A stretch of DNA of 64,000 nucleotides from Candidatus Peregrinibacteria bacterium (GTDB lineage: Bacteria; Patescibacteriota; Gracilibacteria; UBA1369; JABINC01): assembly GCA_018697675.1 (NCBI GenBank), contig JABINC010000042.1, positions 7,077-71,076 of the forward strand, written 5' to 3'. The stretch's first letter is position 1; each line of letters begins with the position of its first letter. The position numbers and the translations under genes are program-made. The notes below the pieces were generated by a model. It searched no databases, had not been told where the DNA came from, and saw only the letters and a program-made list of their open reading frames with translations. Below are positions 54,106-62,124 of this stretch, piece after piece.

Positions 54106-55113
54106 TTACATGGGCATATAATACTGTCCCACCACCTCATCCACTTGATATTTGGGATTCAATACATCTGCCTGCATCTTAATACTCCACTTTTCCGCAT
54201 CACCACTTGAGCTTTCCTCATTTTCAATAAGACCCTCATGTGCAATCCTCTCATGCCCTTTGCATAACGGCTTAAGCGTGTCTGAGTCATGAGTTGAATC
54301 GATAGCAAATCGCTTAGTATGATGGAGAATGTCATATGGTTTTGTACAACCAGGGTATGCGCAACAACCCCCAGTTTTTTTGATAACATGACGTTTTATT
54401 TTTGCAGGAATATATCTTTTCCCTGTATTTACTGGTGCAGGAACATCTTTGGATCGCGCAGTACCTATCGCTCGTGCCGATCTCATCGCCTCCGCTCTCT
54501 CTCTTGCACCTGCTCCCCCCTCCCCTTCCATAACATCAATCATCATGTTGAGAAGTTCATCCCAATCTTTCTCACCTTTTATTTTCTTGAGACGTTCGAT
54601 AGTTTGCACATCAAGTTTCATGTAAATAGAAGTTTTTGTCTTTTTCTGATTTTTCTGACCCGGGTTGACCCGAGAGCATTCTTCACTCTGTTTTTCCTCA
54701 TGCACAAGCCCTTTCTCGCGACAATTCTTCACGTACATTTTTAGCGTATTTTGACTCATTTTTTGTGCTTTCTTCGCCCATTCTTTTTCATCTTTTTCGG
54801 TAGCTATCGTCAACACCGGTCGGACCGCATTTAAACCCTTCTTTTTTGCAACTTTTTTGAGATGAGGCCTCGCTTCAAGTTTTTTCATAACCCACAATGC
54901 GTCATCTACGGCATGCGTACTCATGCCAGCTAAAACACGTGCATACTCGTAGATACTTGTGAATCCTTTTTTCTTCCAAACTTCTTGTTTTTGAATTTTT
55001 GGCAGAAGCATTTTACATTTTTGAATCCATTCACGAGCATTTTTGCCATAGGTTTTGAATTCTTGATGGAGTGAATCAATTTCTCGCTTGGCTATATTTG
55101 AATTTTTTATCAT
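54106..55113 (-). CDS. HNH endonuclease-domain protein, paralog B
   Basis: CAYPGCTKPYDILHHTKRFAIDSTHDSDTLKPLCKGHERIAH. The N-terminal helical region is homologous to paralog A. I prefer the start at MIKNSNI (55113). Confidence 0.8.
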   Translation of the reverse strand: MIKNSNIAKREIDSLHQEFKTYGKNAREWIQKCKMLLPKIQKQEVWKKKGFTSIYEYARVLAGMSTHAVDDALWVMKKLEARPHLKKVAKKKGLNAVRPVLTIATEKDEKEWAKKAQKMSQNTLKMYVKNCREKGLVHEEKQSEECSRVNPGQKNQKKTKTSIYMKLDVQTIERLKKIKGEKDWDELLNMMIDVMEGEGGAGARERAEAMRSARAIGTARSKDVPAPVNTGKRYIPAKIKRHVIKKTGGCCAYPGCTKPYDILHHTKRFAIDSTHDSDTLKPLCKGHERIAHEGLIENEESSSGDAEKWSIKMQADVLNPKYQVDEVVGQYYMPM

Positions 55114-55181
55114 GATTTTTAAATTAAATTGTAATTTACTTGAGGTGTATTTCCGCAATCCAATCAGGAAATATTTGGTAT

Positions 55182-55297
55182 TTAACCCTACCATAAACAC
55201 GCTCGCCAAACTAGCTTATTACGGCTCAATAAAGCCAAAAACACTCACTTTGAGATGACGACTCCCAAGGAATGTTTCGTGGTGAGCGTTGCCTCAC
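55182..55297 (-). promoter_or_regulatory. Conserved leader element upstream of HNH paralog B (second copy)
   Basis: Minus-sense GTGAGGCAACGCTCACCA ... CGTCATCTCAAA ... GGCGAGCGTGTTTATGGTAG. Box order is the same as at 28201-28318. Confidence 0.45.
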
Positions 55298-55389
55298 TTT
55301 TAAGTTATTTTATAACTGTGTATTATGCTCATGCTAAACGTCAGAGGTTGAGATGAGATGAACCGAACTGAACCAATAAAACATCTATT

Positions 55390-56640
55390 ATGCTAATTCT
55401 TTCTATCGAATCAACTTGTGATGAGACATGTGCGGCGCTCGTAGAAGATGGGCGAATCGTGCATGTGAATGTGACTTATTCGCAGATTGCAGAGCACAAC
55501 AAAACCGGTGGAGTGGTGCCTGAGGTAGCAGCTAGGAGACATGCAGAAGCAATTACTCAAGTTTTGGAAGAGGCTCTCAAACAATATGGTGAGAAAATTG
55601 GGGTTCTGAAGAATGTAAAAGGGAATGAGAATGATGGGAATGAAGAGATTGGGAAGGAATCTATGAAAAAAATCATGGAGGGGATTGATGCTATCGCGGT
55701 AGCACAAGGCCCAGGGCTACTGGGGTGTCTGATGGTTGGGAATAATGCGGCTTCTGCACTCAGTCTGATGTGGGAGAAACCTCTGATCCCCGTGCACCAC
55801 ATAGAGGGTCATTTGTATGCGAGTTGGCTGCGAGAAAAGGATGATGAGAGGGCTGGAGGTGATGGTGATGGTGATGGTGATGACGGTGGTGATGGTGATG
55901 ACGGTGGTGATGGTGATAATCGTGAAGTTGAATTTCCAATGTTAATTTTGACTGTCTCAGGTGGACACAATCAGCTTTTTCTCATGGAAGGTCATGGCAA
56001 ATATAAATTACTTGGAGAAACCTTGGATGATGCGGCGGGTGAAGCTTTTGACAAAGTTGCACGCATGCTCGGACTCGGATATCCAGGCGGACCTGAAATT
56101 CAACGCATAGCTGCAAATGGGAATGAAGCAAATGGATTTAAGCCTGGCGACCCATTTAAATATGAACTTCCTCGGGCAATGATGAAAAATGAACATGCTG
56201 ATGAATTTAATTTTAGTTTTTCTGGACTCAAAACAGCTATGCGGACGCTGATCTTGAATTTGAAAGTAAAAGGTTCAAATGAGTTTGATCAGGCTTTGCC
56301 TGATGTGGCTGCGAGTTTTGAATACACCGTCTGTGACACTCTCCTCAAAAAACTTAGAAAGGCCGCGGAGCTCCATGGTCCAAAGGAGATCCATATAGCC
56401 GGAGGAGTTTCTGCCAATCTTCGACTCCGAAAAATGCTAGAACATACCTTTGCTAGCAAAGGTCCTAAATCTGATAAAGGGAAGCCCAGAGAGATTGAGA
56501 TACACTACCCTGCTCTAAAATTCTGTACCGACAATGCCGCAATGCTTGGATCGGTCGCTTATTTTCGCTACATCGCAGACCCAGAAAAATACTCAACTTG
56601 GGAAAATTCTGTACCAAATGTAGGCTTGAAATTTCATTAA
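55390..56640 (+). CDS. tsaD: tRNA N6-adenosine threonylcarbamoyltransferase TsaD (Kae1/Qri7 family) with low-complexity insertions
   Basis: MLILSIESTCDETCAALV, HHIEGHL, VSGGHNQL, GEAFDKVARMLGLGYPGGP, and GGVSAN..LR. Confidence 0.9.
   Translation: MLILSIESTCDETCAALVEDGRIVHVNVTYSQIAEHNKTGGVVPEVAARRHAEAITQVLEEALKQYGEKIGVLKNVKGNENDGNEEIGKESMKKIMEGIDAIAVAQGPGLLGCLMVGNNAASALSLMWEKPLIPVHHIEGHLYASWLREKDDERAGGDGDGDGDDGGDGDDGGDGDNREVEFPMLILTVSGGHNQLFLMEGHGKYKLLGETLDDAAGEAFDKVARMLGLGYPGGPEIQRIAANGNEANGFKPGDPFKYELPRAMMKNEHADEFNFSFSGLKTAMRTLILNLKVKGSNEFDQALPDVAASFEYTVCDTLLKKLRKAAELHGPKEIHIAGGVSANLRLRKMLEHTFASKGPKSDKGKPREIEIHYPALKFCTDNAAMLGSVAYFRYIADPEKYSTWENSVPNVGLKFH
55858..55917. repeat. Tandem GGTGAT/GAC repeat (about 18-nt higher-order unit) encoding (GD)n inside tsaD
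   Basis: GGTGATGGTGATGGTGATGGTGATGACGGTGGTGATGGTGATGACGGTGGTGATGGTGAT translates to GDGDGDGDDGGDGDDGGDGD. Confidence 0.9.
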
Positions 56641-56708
56641 AGTAAGTAGTATCGATAAAAGAGCTGTTCCTAAAAAAATTTGGGGCAAAAAATTGACTTA
56701 AAATAATA

Positions 56709-56736
56709 TTGACAATTGTTTTTTTATTCGTAAAAT
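56709..56736 (+). promoter_or_regulatory. Putative promoter (TTGACA-N16-TAAAAT) for ORF 56783
   Basis: -35 at 56709-56714 and -10 at 56731-56736. Confidence 0.35.
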
Positions 56737-56782
56737 ACGCGCTTGAAAGTAATTTAAGTAATAAATTTTAAGTATTTTTGAA

Positions 56783-57499
56783 ATGGCTTTTGACACCGCA
56801 AATGAAATAGATACATTTGATGAAGAAACCACTGTTGACGGACCGGTCTGGGGCGATGCACATGATGATGCAATGCATGCAGAACTACTTGCAAATGATG
56901 CTGTAACTGATGAAAAAGAACCCACCCCTGACTGCAAGGCTGATGCTGTAGCAGATATGGAACAAGAACTGGCAAAATCTGCAAATGCAATTGGAGAACC
57001 ACTTTTCCCTAAGTTAAAAGAAATGAGGAAGCTATTATTCAGAGGTATTACAATGTCACCTCTTATGGCTAAACTAACTGATAATCCAATGCTTTCTATT
57101 TTGGCAGAAGGAACAATTGTTGATACGCATTTTATTTTAGTAGCTGAAAGGACTTTCCCTAATACTGATATCGCTTTTGTGGGAGAGCTTAAAGTTCATG
57201 TCGATACACCTGGATATGTCGATACACCTGGATATAAAGTTGAAGATGAGGATTTTGACAGCGTACGTGAACTCCTTAAGATAATGAGCAAAAATATGGA
57301 TGTTGAAGCCGACATATTGTTGTCTAAATTTGAAGATGCCCACAGAAGATGGAGATTAGTTCATGATTCTAGTGGTCCCAAGTCTTGGGATCCGGCAGTT
57401 GCACCCTCTCATGCTGCACGCATGCCACATATGCCGACACGACCTACTTACGAGCGGGCAACTGAACTTTCAGCTGTTCAACCACGACCGTTTAATTAA
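56783..57499 (+). CDS. Hypothetical acidic 238-aa protein (orphan)
   Basis: ORF with a promoter-like element upstream and no recognisable motif. It contains a perfect 6-aa duplication, VDTPGYVDTPGY. Confidence 0.5.
   Translation: MAFDTANEIDTFDEETTVDGPVWGDAHDDAMHAELLANDAVTDEKEPTPDCKADAVADMEQELAKSANAIGEPLFPKLKEMRKLLFRGITMSPLMAKLTDNPMLSILAEGTIVDTHFILVAERTFPNTDIAFVGELKVHVDTPGYVDTPGYKVEDEDFDSVRELLKIMSKNMDVEADILLSKFEDAHRRWRLVHDSSGPKSWDPAVAPSHAARMPHMPTRPTYERATELSAVQPRPFN
57200..57235. repeat. Perfect 18-nt tandem duplication (GTCGATACACCTGGATAT x2)
   Basis: Read directly from the sequence. It is in-frame within ORF 56783-57499. Confidence 0.95.
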
Positions 57500-57522
57500 A
57501 CATTCCATAACTAAACGACCCA

Positions 57523-57550
57523 TTGCAACGTAACAGTTTTTTGGTATACT
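57523..57550 (+). promoter_or_regulatory. Putative promoter for hisS (TTGCAA-N16-TGgTATACT)
   Basis: -35 at 57523-57528 and an extended -10 at 57542-57550. Confidence 0.4.
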
Positions 57551-57621
57551 CGAGTGGCATGTTTAAGCGGTTTTTAATTTTATCGTGGGCATGTGTTCAA
57601 TAATTTCCTAAAGCCAACTCA

Positions 57622-58986
57622 ATGACTGCCGCTAAAGATGACTCCAATACTGAAGAAAAAGAAAAAAAACCAAAGAAATTTCAGACTCCAAAAGGGGTGA
57701 ATGATATTTTGCCGCGTGATCATGAATATTACACGTATTTGAAAAAAATTATTCGTCATCGTTGTAGGCAAGCTGGTTTTCGGCGAGTCACTACTCCTAT
57801 TTTTGAATTTACAGAGGTTTTTGCAAGAGGAATTGGTGAGGGAACTGACATTGTGAGTAAAGAAATGTATGTTTTTGAAGATAAGGCTGGGCGGTCTCTA
57901 GCACTCAAGCCGGAAAGTACTGCCGGAGTTGTGCGTGCGTATATTGAAAATGGTATGTCAAATTGGCCACAGCCAGTGGAACTTTATTATATAGAACCTC
58001 ATTTTCGATATGATAAACCTCAAAAAGGTCGTTACAGACAGTTTTGGCAATTTGGAATTGAGGTAATTGGTGAAAAAGATGCGGCGCTTGATGCTCAGAT
58101 AATTCAGCTTTCTAGACTTGTCATAGAAGATTGCGGAGTTTATCCGCTTGTTGAGTTGCATATCAATAATATTGGGGATTTCGAATCTAGAGAGAAATAT
58201 GCAGAAGCTCTGAAAAATCACTACATTGGTAAAGAGAGATCACTCTGTGATAGTTGTAATGATAGACTGCATTCCAATCCGCTTCGATTGCTGGATTGTA
58301 AGGCAGAGGATTGTAAAATATTGGCACAGTTAGCTCCAAAGGCTTCTGAATATATCTCAAAGGAAAGTAAAGAATATCACGAGAAAGTCCTTGAATATTT
58401 GGAAGAGCTGGGGATTGATTATATAGAAAACCCTATGTTGGTTCGTGGGCTTGATTATTACAATCAAACTGTATTTGAATTCACAGTCACCGATAATAAA
58501 GGTCAGCAGAATTCTGTATGTGGTGGCGGTCGATATGATGGACTTACTGAACTAATGGGCGGTGTACCTGATACCCCGGCTGTTGGATTTGCAATGGGGC
58601 TCGAGCGCATGATAGAACTTATGAAGCGCGAAAATATCCGAGTACCTTCAAAAGACAACCTACATATTTTTGTTGCACAGCTCGGCGATGTGGCCAAAAG
58701 AAAATGCCTTTCTCTAATATCGGAGCTCCGCGAACATGGGATCAAAACCGTAGGAGCACTTGGAAAAGGTTCTATGAAAGCTCAAATGCGCCTAGCTGAT
58801 AAATTTGGAGTGCCTTATTCACTAATACTCGGAATCACTGAAGTCCGCGATGGCACAATCATATTGCGAGACATGGAAAAAGGTAAACAAGAGATCATCC
58901 CAATAGAAAAAGCTATAGAAAAAGTTATTGAAGTTATTGGAGAGAAAAATCTCGATACTTATAGTCCTGGTGAAGTTATTTACTAA
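57622..58986 (+). CDS. hisS: Histidyl-tRNA synthetase
   Basis: Class II motifs (PKGVNDILP; RYDKPQKGRYRQFWQFG; GGGRYDGL; GFAMGLER) and a C-terminal anticodon-binding domain. Confidence 0.95.
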   Translation: MTAAKDDSNTEEKEKKPKKFQTPKGVNDILPRDHEYYTYLKKIIRHRCRQAGFRRVTTPIFEFTEVFARGIGEGTDIVSKEMYVFEDKAGRSLALKPESTAGVVRAYIENGMSNWPQPVELYYIEPHFRYDKPQKGRYRQFWQFGIEVIGEKDAALDAQIIQLSRLVIEDCGVYPLVELHINNIGDFESREKYAEALKNHYIGKERSLCDSCNDRLHSNPLRLLDCKAEDCKILAQLAPKASEYISKESKEYHEKVLEYLEELGIDYIENPMLVRGLDYYNQTVFEFTVTDNKGQQNSVCGGGRYDGLTELMGGVPDTPAVGFAMGLERMIELMKRENIRVPSKDNLHIFVAQLGDVAKRKCLSLISELREHGIKTVGALGKGSMKAQMRLADKFGVPYSLILGITEVRDGTIILRDMEKGKQEIIPIEKAIEKVIEVIGEKNLDTYSPGEVIY

Positions 58987-59042
58987 GACCGGAAGATATA
59001 TATAGTGCTATTTTAAATATAAAAAATTTTAAATAAAACAAC

Positions 59043-59426
59043 ATGAAATTAAATTTTACACACTTCGTGATAGGAATGTTTTTATTGCTTATCTTGGTAG
59101 GTGTCGGGGCAAAATTTATGACAACAAATGGGCCAGGTGAATATGATGAATTCGCGCAGTGTTTAACTGAAAATGGGGCGGTGATGTACGGGGCTGAGTG
59201 GTGCCACAACTGTCAAAATCAAAAGGAAATGTTTGGGAAATCTTTCCAATACATCGATTACGTAGAATGTGAAACTACACCTGAAATCTGTGAAGCTGAG
59301 GCGATCACAGGATATCCAGCATGGAAGAAACATGAAGGAGGGAATTCCTCTTTTGTAGGCAAAGGAACTCAACCTTTGGAACTACTTGCTGAAGCTTTTG
59401 AATGTGAACTACCACTAACTGACTAG
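59043..59426 (+). CDS. Membrane-anchored thioredoxin-like protein (resembles the Trx-like domain fused to bacterial VKOR)
   Basis: N-terminal TM helix and MYGAEWCHNCQNQKEMFG (CxxC), followed by conserved Cys residues. Confidence 0.6.
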   Translation: MKLNFTHFVIGMFLLLILVGVGAKFMTTNGPGEYDEFAQCLTENGAVMYGAEWCHNCQNQKEMFGKSFQYIDYVECETTPEICEAEAITGYPAWKKHEGGNSSFVGKGTQPLELLAEAFECELPLTD

Positions 59427-59428
59427 TT

Positions 59429-60553
59429 ATGCCAAGAAAGAAAAAATTCTCAAAAGTTTTTAAAAAATGGCTCAAAAAAAGACTCTGGATATGTTTGACA
59501 ATACTATTTGGAGTAGCTTTTGTGTTGCATGTCTTATTCACACATAGTTTCACTTTCAAAAAAGCTATACTGAAAGTTACTGAATATATCGGGGTCAGCA
59601 ATCAGACATATGATTTTGCAGGACATCGAATATTCGAAGTGAATGACATTACTTATGTAGCATACGATCATCCGCTCGTGACTGCAAAAGTGCTCTTTGA
59701 TCCGGTGTGCGAGAGTGATTTTTGCAATCTTGATATTTTAAAAGAGCAGATTTTGACGAATTTAAGCCCCGCTATTAGTTTTCAAGAAATCGATATTTCT
59801 TCTCCTGAAGGTGCTAGACTTGCCAATGAAACTGATATAAAAGCTGTGCCAAGCTTTATTTTTGATGAAGAAGTTCAACTGCTTGGGAATTTCGCATTTA
59901 TTGAAGATTTTTTTGTAGAACGTAGACCGTTTTTCTTGCTAAAAACTCCTCCTGGCAAATTTATAAGAACTCCTCATGAGGAAGTCGCTCATATGAAAGG
60001 TGCCGAGGAGCCAGTCATAATTATTACTGAGTTTTCCTCGTTTACTTGTTCTTTTTGCAAGGAGCTCAACGACACTATTGATTCGCTCATGAAATCCTAT
60101 GGAAGTCTGATGCAAGTACGGTTCATACATTTCAATCGAGGTGGGATCGATCAAAATTTAATTCAAGCTGCAGAATGTAGTGCTGAGCAAGGGAAATTCT
60201 GGGAGATGCATGATAAACTTTTTGATAATCAAGCTATGTTTATAGATGAAGATGGAGAATTTAATTTGGAATTTATTGCTGAAGTAGCGCTTGAACTCGA
60301 GCTAAATAAAGGAAAATTTGCGAAGTGCATGAATGATGAAGAGCGATTTACTTCTAGACTCCAAGGCATGCAAAGGGTCAGCGCGGATTACTCAATCCAG
60401 GCTGCACCTAGTTTTTTCATCAACGATTATTTTCATGAAGGATCTCTAGATAAAAAAGGTATGAGGGAGATTATCAATGAGATGCTCAGCGAGCCTGCTG
60501 AGGATGTGAGGGCAATAGAGGTTGAAGCGGAGAGGTTGGAAGAAATAGAATGA
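59429..60553 (+). CDS. DsbA-family thiol:disulfide oxidoreductase, membrane anchored
   Basis: N-terminal TM helix and IITEFSSFTCSFCKELN (CxxC) within a DsbA-like fold. It starts 2 nt after the preceding gene. Confidence 0.7.
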   Translation: MPRKKKFSKVFKKWLKKRLWICLTILFGVAFVLHVLFTHSFTFKKAILKVTEYIGVSNQTYDFAGHRIFEVNDITYVAYDHPLVTAKVLFDPVCESDFCNLDILKEQILTNLSPAISFQEIDISSPEGARLANETDIKAVPSFIFDEEVQLLGNFAFIEDFFVERRPFFLLKTPPGKFIRTPHEEVAHMKGAEEPVIIITEFSSFTCSFCKELNDTIDSLMKSYGSLMQVRFIHFNRGGIDQNLIQAAECSAEQGKFWEMHDKLFDNQAMFIDEDGEFNLEFIAEVALELELNKGKFAKCMNDEERFTSRLQGMQRVSADYSIQAAPSFFINDYFHEGSLDKKGMREIINEMLSEPAEDVRAIEVEAERLEEIE

Positions 60554-60596
60554 TTTTTTGGTATCGTTTCGCGGTTTTTTTCGTTATATTTGTTGC

Positions 60597-62102
60597 ATGA
60601 ATAAAAACAAAATAAAATTAAGTGTTTTCCCTGGGATGATTATTACCGGACTAGTTACTGGTCTGATATTTAGCTTGATGGCTCTTCCTTTTATTGCGGC
60701 GGCTGAAGTTGAGCAGAGTTTTTCTGATGTTACACCTGGGCATACTCATTTTGATGCTATTGAATTTTTGAAAACTGAAGGAATTATCGGAGGATATGAG
60801 GATGGTAGTTTCCAACCAGAGGGCACTATAAACCGTGCTGAAGCCATGAAGCTCACGATGCTGGGCGAGAGTATTTGGGTAGGTGAAGAATTTACGCCTG
60901 TACGGCAGGAGGTTTTGGAAGAAGAAGTTGTTGTGGAAGTGGAAAGTGAAGAGGATGCTGAGGCAGTCTCTGAAGAAACAATTGAGACAGAGATGCTATT
61001 TTCTTTTCCAGACATCGCAAGCGATGTGTGGTTCAAAGATTACGTCTACAACGCGTATGATCGAGGGATTGTGCGAGGTTATGAAGATGGGAGTTTCAAA
61101 CCTGGAAACAACATAACCAAAGCGGAAAGTTTGAAAATTATTCTTCTCGTATTTACCGAGGGAGAGTCATTTTCGGAGCCTGGCAAAAATCCATTTCCTG
61201 ACACGCCGTTTAGTGCTTGGTACGCACCGTACGTAAATTATGCGAAGAACAAAATGATTATCGAACCAGATCAGTATGGGAACTACAGCCCAGAATCAGA
61301 CATAACTCGGGGAGAGTTTGCGGAGATTGTTTATAGGCTTCTTTATATGGCGGAGCATGAGCAAGAAGAGTTTGATCCTTCTATCAATTGGGAGGTTTTT
61401 AATCGCTCACTAGAAGGTTATACGGTGAAGATTCCGCCGGAGTGGGAAACTTTTGACGAATATAATGAGCACCCTGCCAGTGGCGGATCTGTGCGCACAA
61501 TTTTCTGGAACCAAGACCAAAATGCAAATCAAAGAACTTATATGCGGCAATATCCGAATTCCGCAGTAGCCGAAATTTTTATCAGTAATGATCCTGTCGA
61601 AAAAGCTAAGTTTTTCTCTGAGATCCGCAGTGCTTTTGGCTCTAATTCTGTTGTAATTGAGACCACTGTAAATGACATGGCCACTCTCGTTGTGGAGAGC
61701 TCCAACGGAGCTGAATCACTTCTGGATTCTTATCTCGTTCTTCCGGATGGCCGCATCTCCTCAATACTTGGGACTTATGGAGCTGGCCCCCTAGCCTACA
61801 AAAACGCTTTCCACCTCCGAAAAGTACGTGAGAGTTTTACTTATACAGAGCGTAGCATTATTGACGATTCAAACATCACAGATGTAATGACGATCGCCCG
61901 CCAAAGCATCCAAGTTGATGGCAAAGGAATGGAAACCCTCAAACTTTTTGATGATCTACAAATCATAGAAACCGACACAATCGGAGTTGGTACCGGACCT
62001 GTAGACTACTACTTCAGTGCCAAAGTCGACCACACCCTAAAACACGAACGCTCATTCGACGTAATCCTCGACATCGAGGTTGGAAGCACTAGTGGGTTTT
62101 AG
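60597..62102 (+). CDS. Secreted protein with three N-terminal SLH domains
   Basis: Signal/TM at the N-terminus. FSDVTPGHTHFDAIEFLKTEGIIGGYEDGSFQP...NRAEAMKL, FPDIASDVWFKDYVYNAYDRGIVRGYEDGSFKP...TKAESLKI, and FPDTPFSAWYAPYVNYA...TRGEFAEIV. I prefer the ATG at 60597 over the TTG at 60558. Confidence 0.8.
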   Translation: MNKNKIKLSVFPGMIITGLVTGLIFSLMALPFIAAAEVEQSFSDVTPGHTHFDAIEFLKTEGIIGGYEDGSFQPEGTINRAEAMKLTMLGESIWVGEEFTPVRQEVLEEEVVVEVESEEDAEAVSEETIETEMLFSFPDIASDVWFKDYVYNAYDRGIVRGYEDGSFKPGNNITKAESLKIILLVFTEGESFSEPGKNPFPDTPFSAWYAPYVNYAKNKMIIEPDQYGNYSPESDITRGEFAEIVYRLLYMAEHEQEEFDPSINWEVFNRSLEGYTVKIPPEWETFDEYNEHPASGGSVRTIFWNQDQNANQRTYMRQYPNSAVAEIFISNDPVEKAKFFSEIRSAFGSNSVVIETTVNDMATLVVESSNGAESLLDSYLVLPDGRISSILGTYGAGPLAYKNAFHLRKVRESFTYTERSIIDDSNITDVMTIARQSIQVDGKGMETLKLFDDLQIIETDTIGVGTGPVDYYFSAKVDHTLKHERSFDVILDIEVGSTSGF

Positions 62103-62124
62103 TACGCTAATTGATTACGGCCGT

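Noticed and set aside
57500-57621. T-box or other riboswitch leader upstream of hisS
   Set aside because: The leader is only ~70 nt after the putative promoter. It has no specifier/T-box motif and no terminator hairpin.
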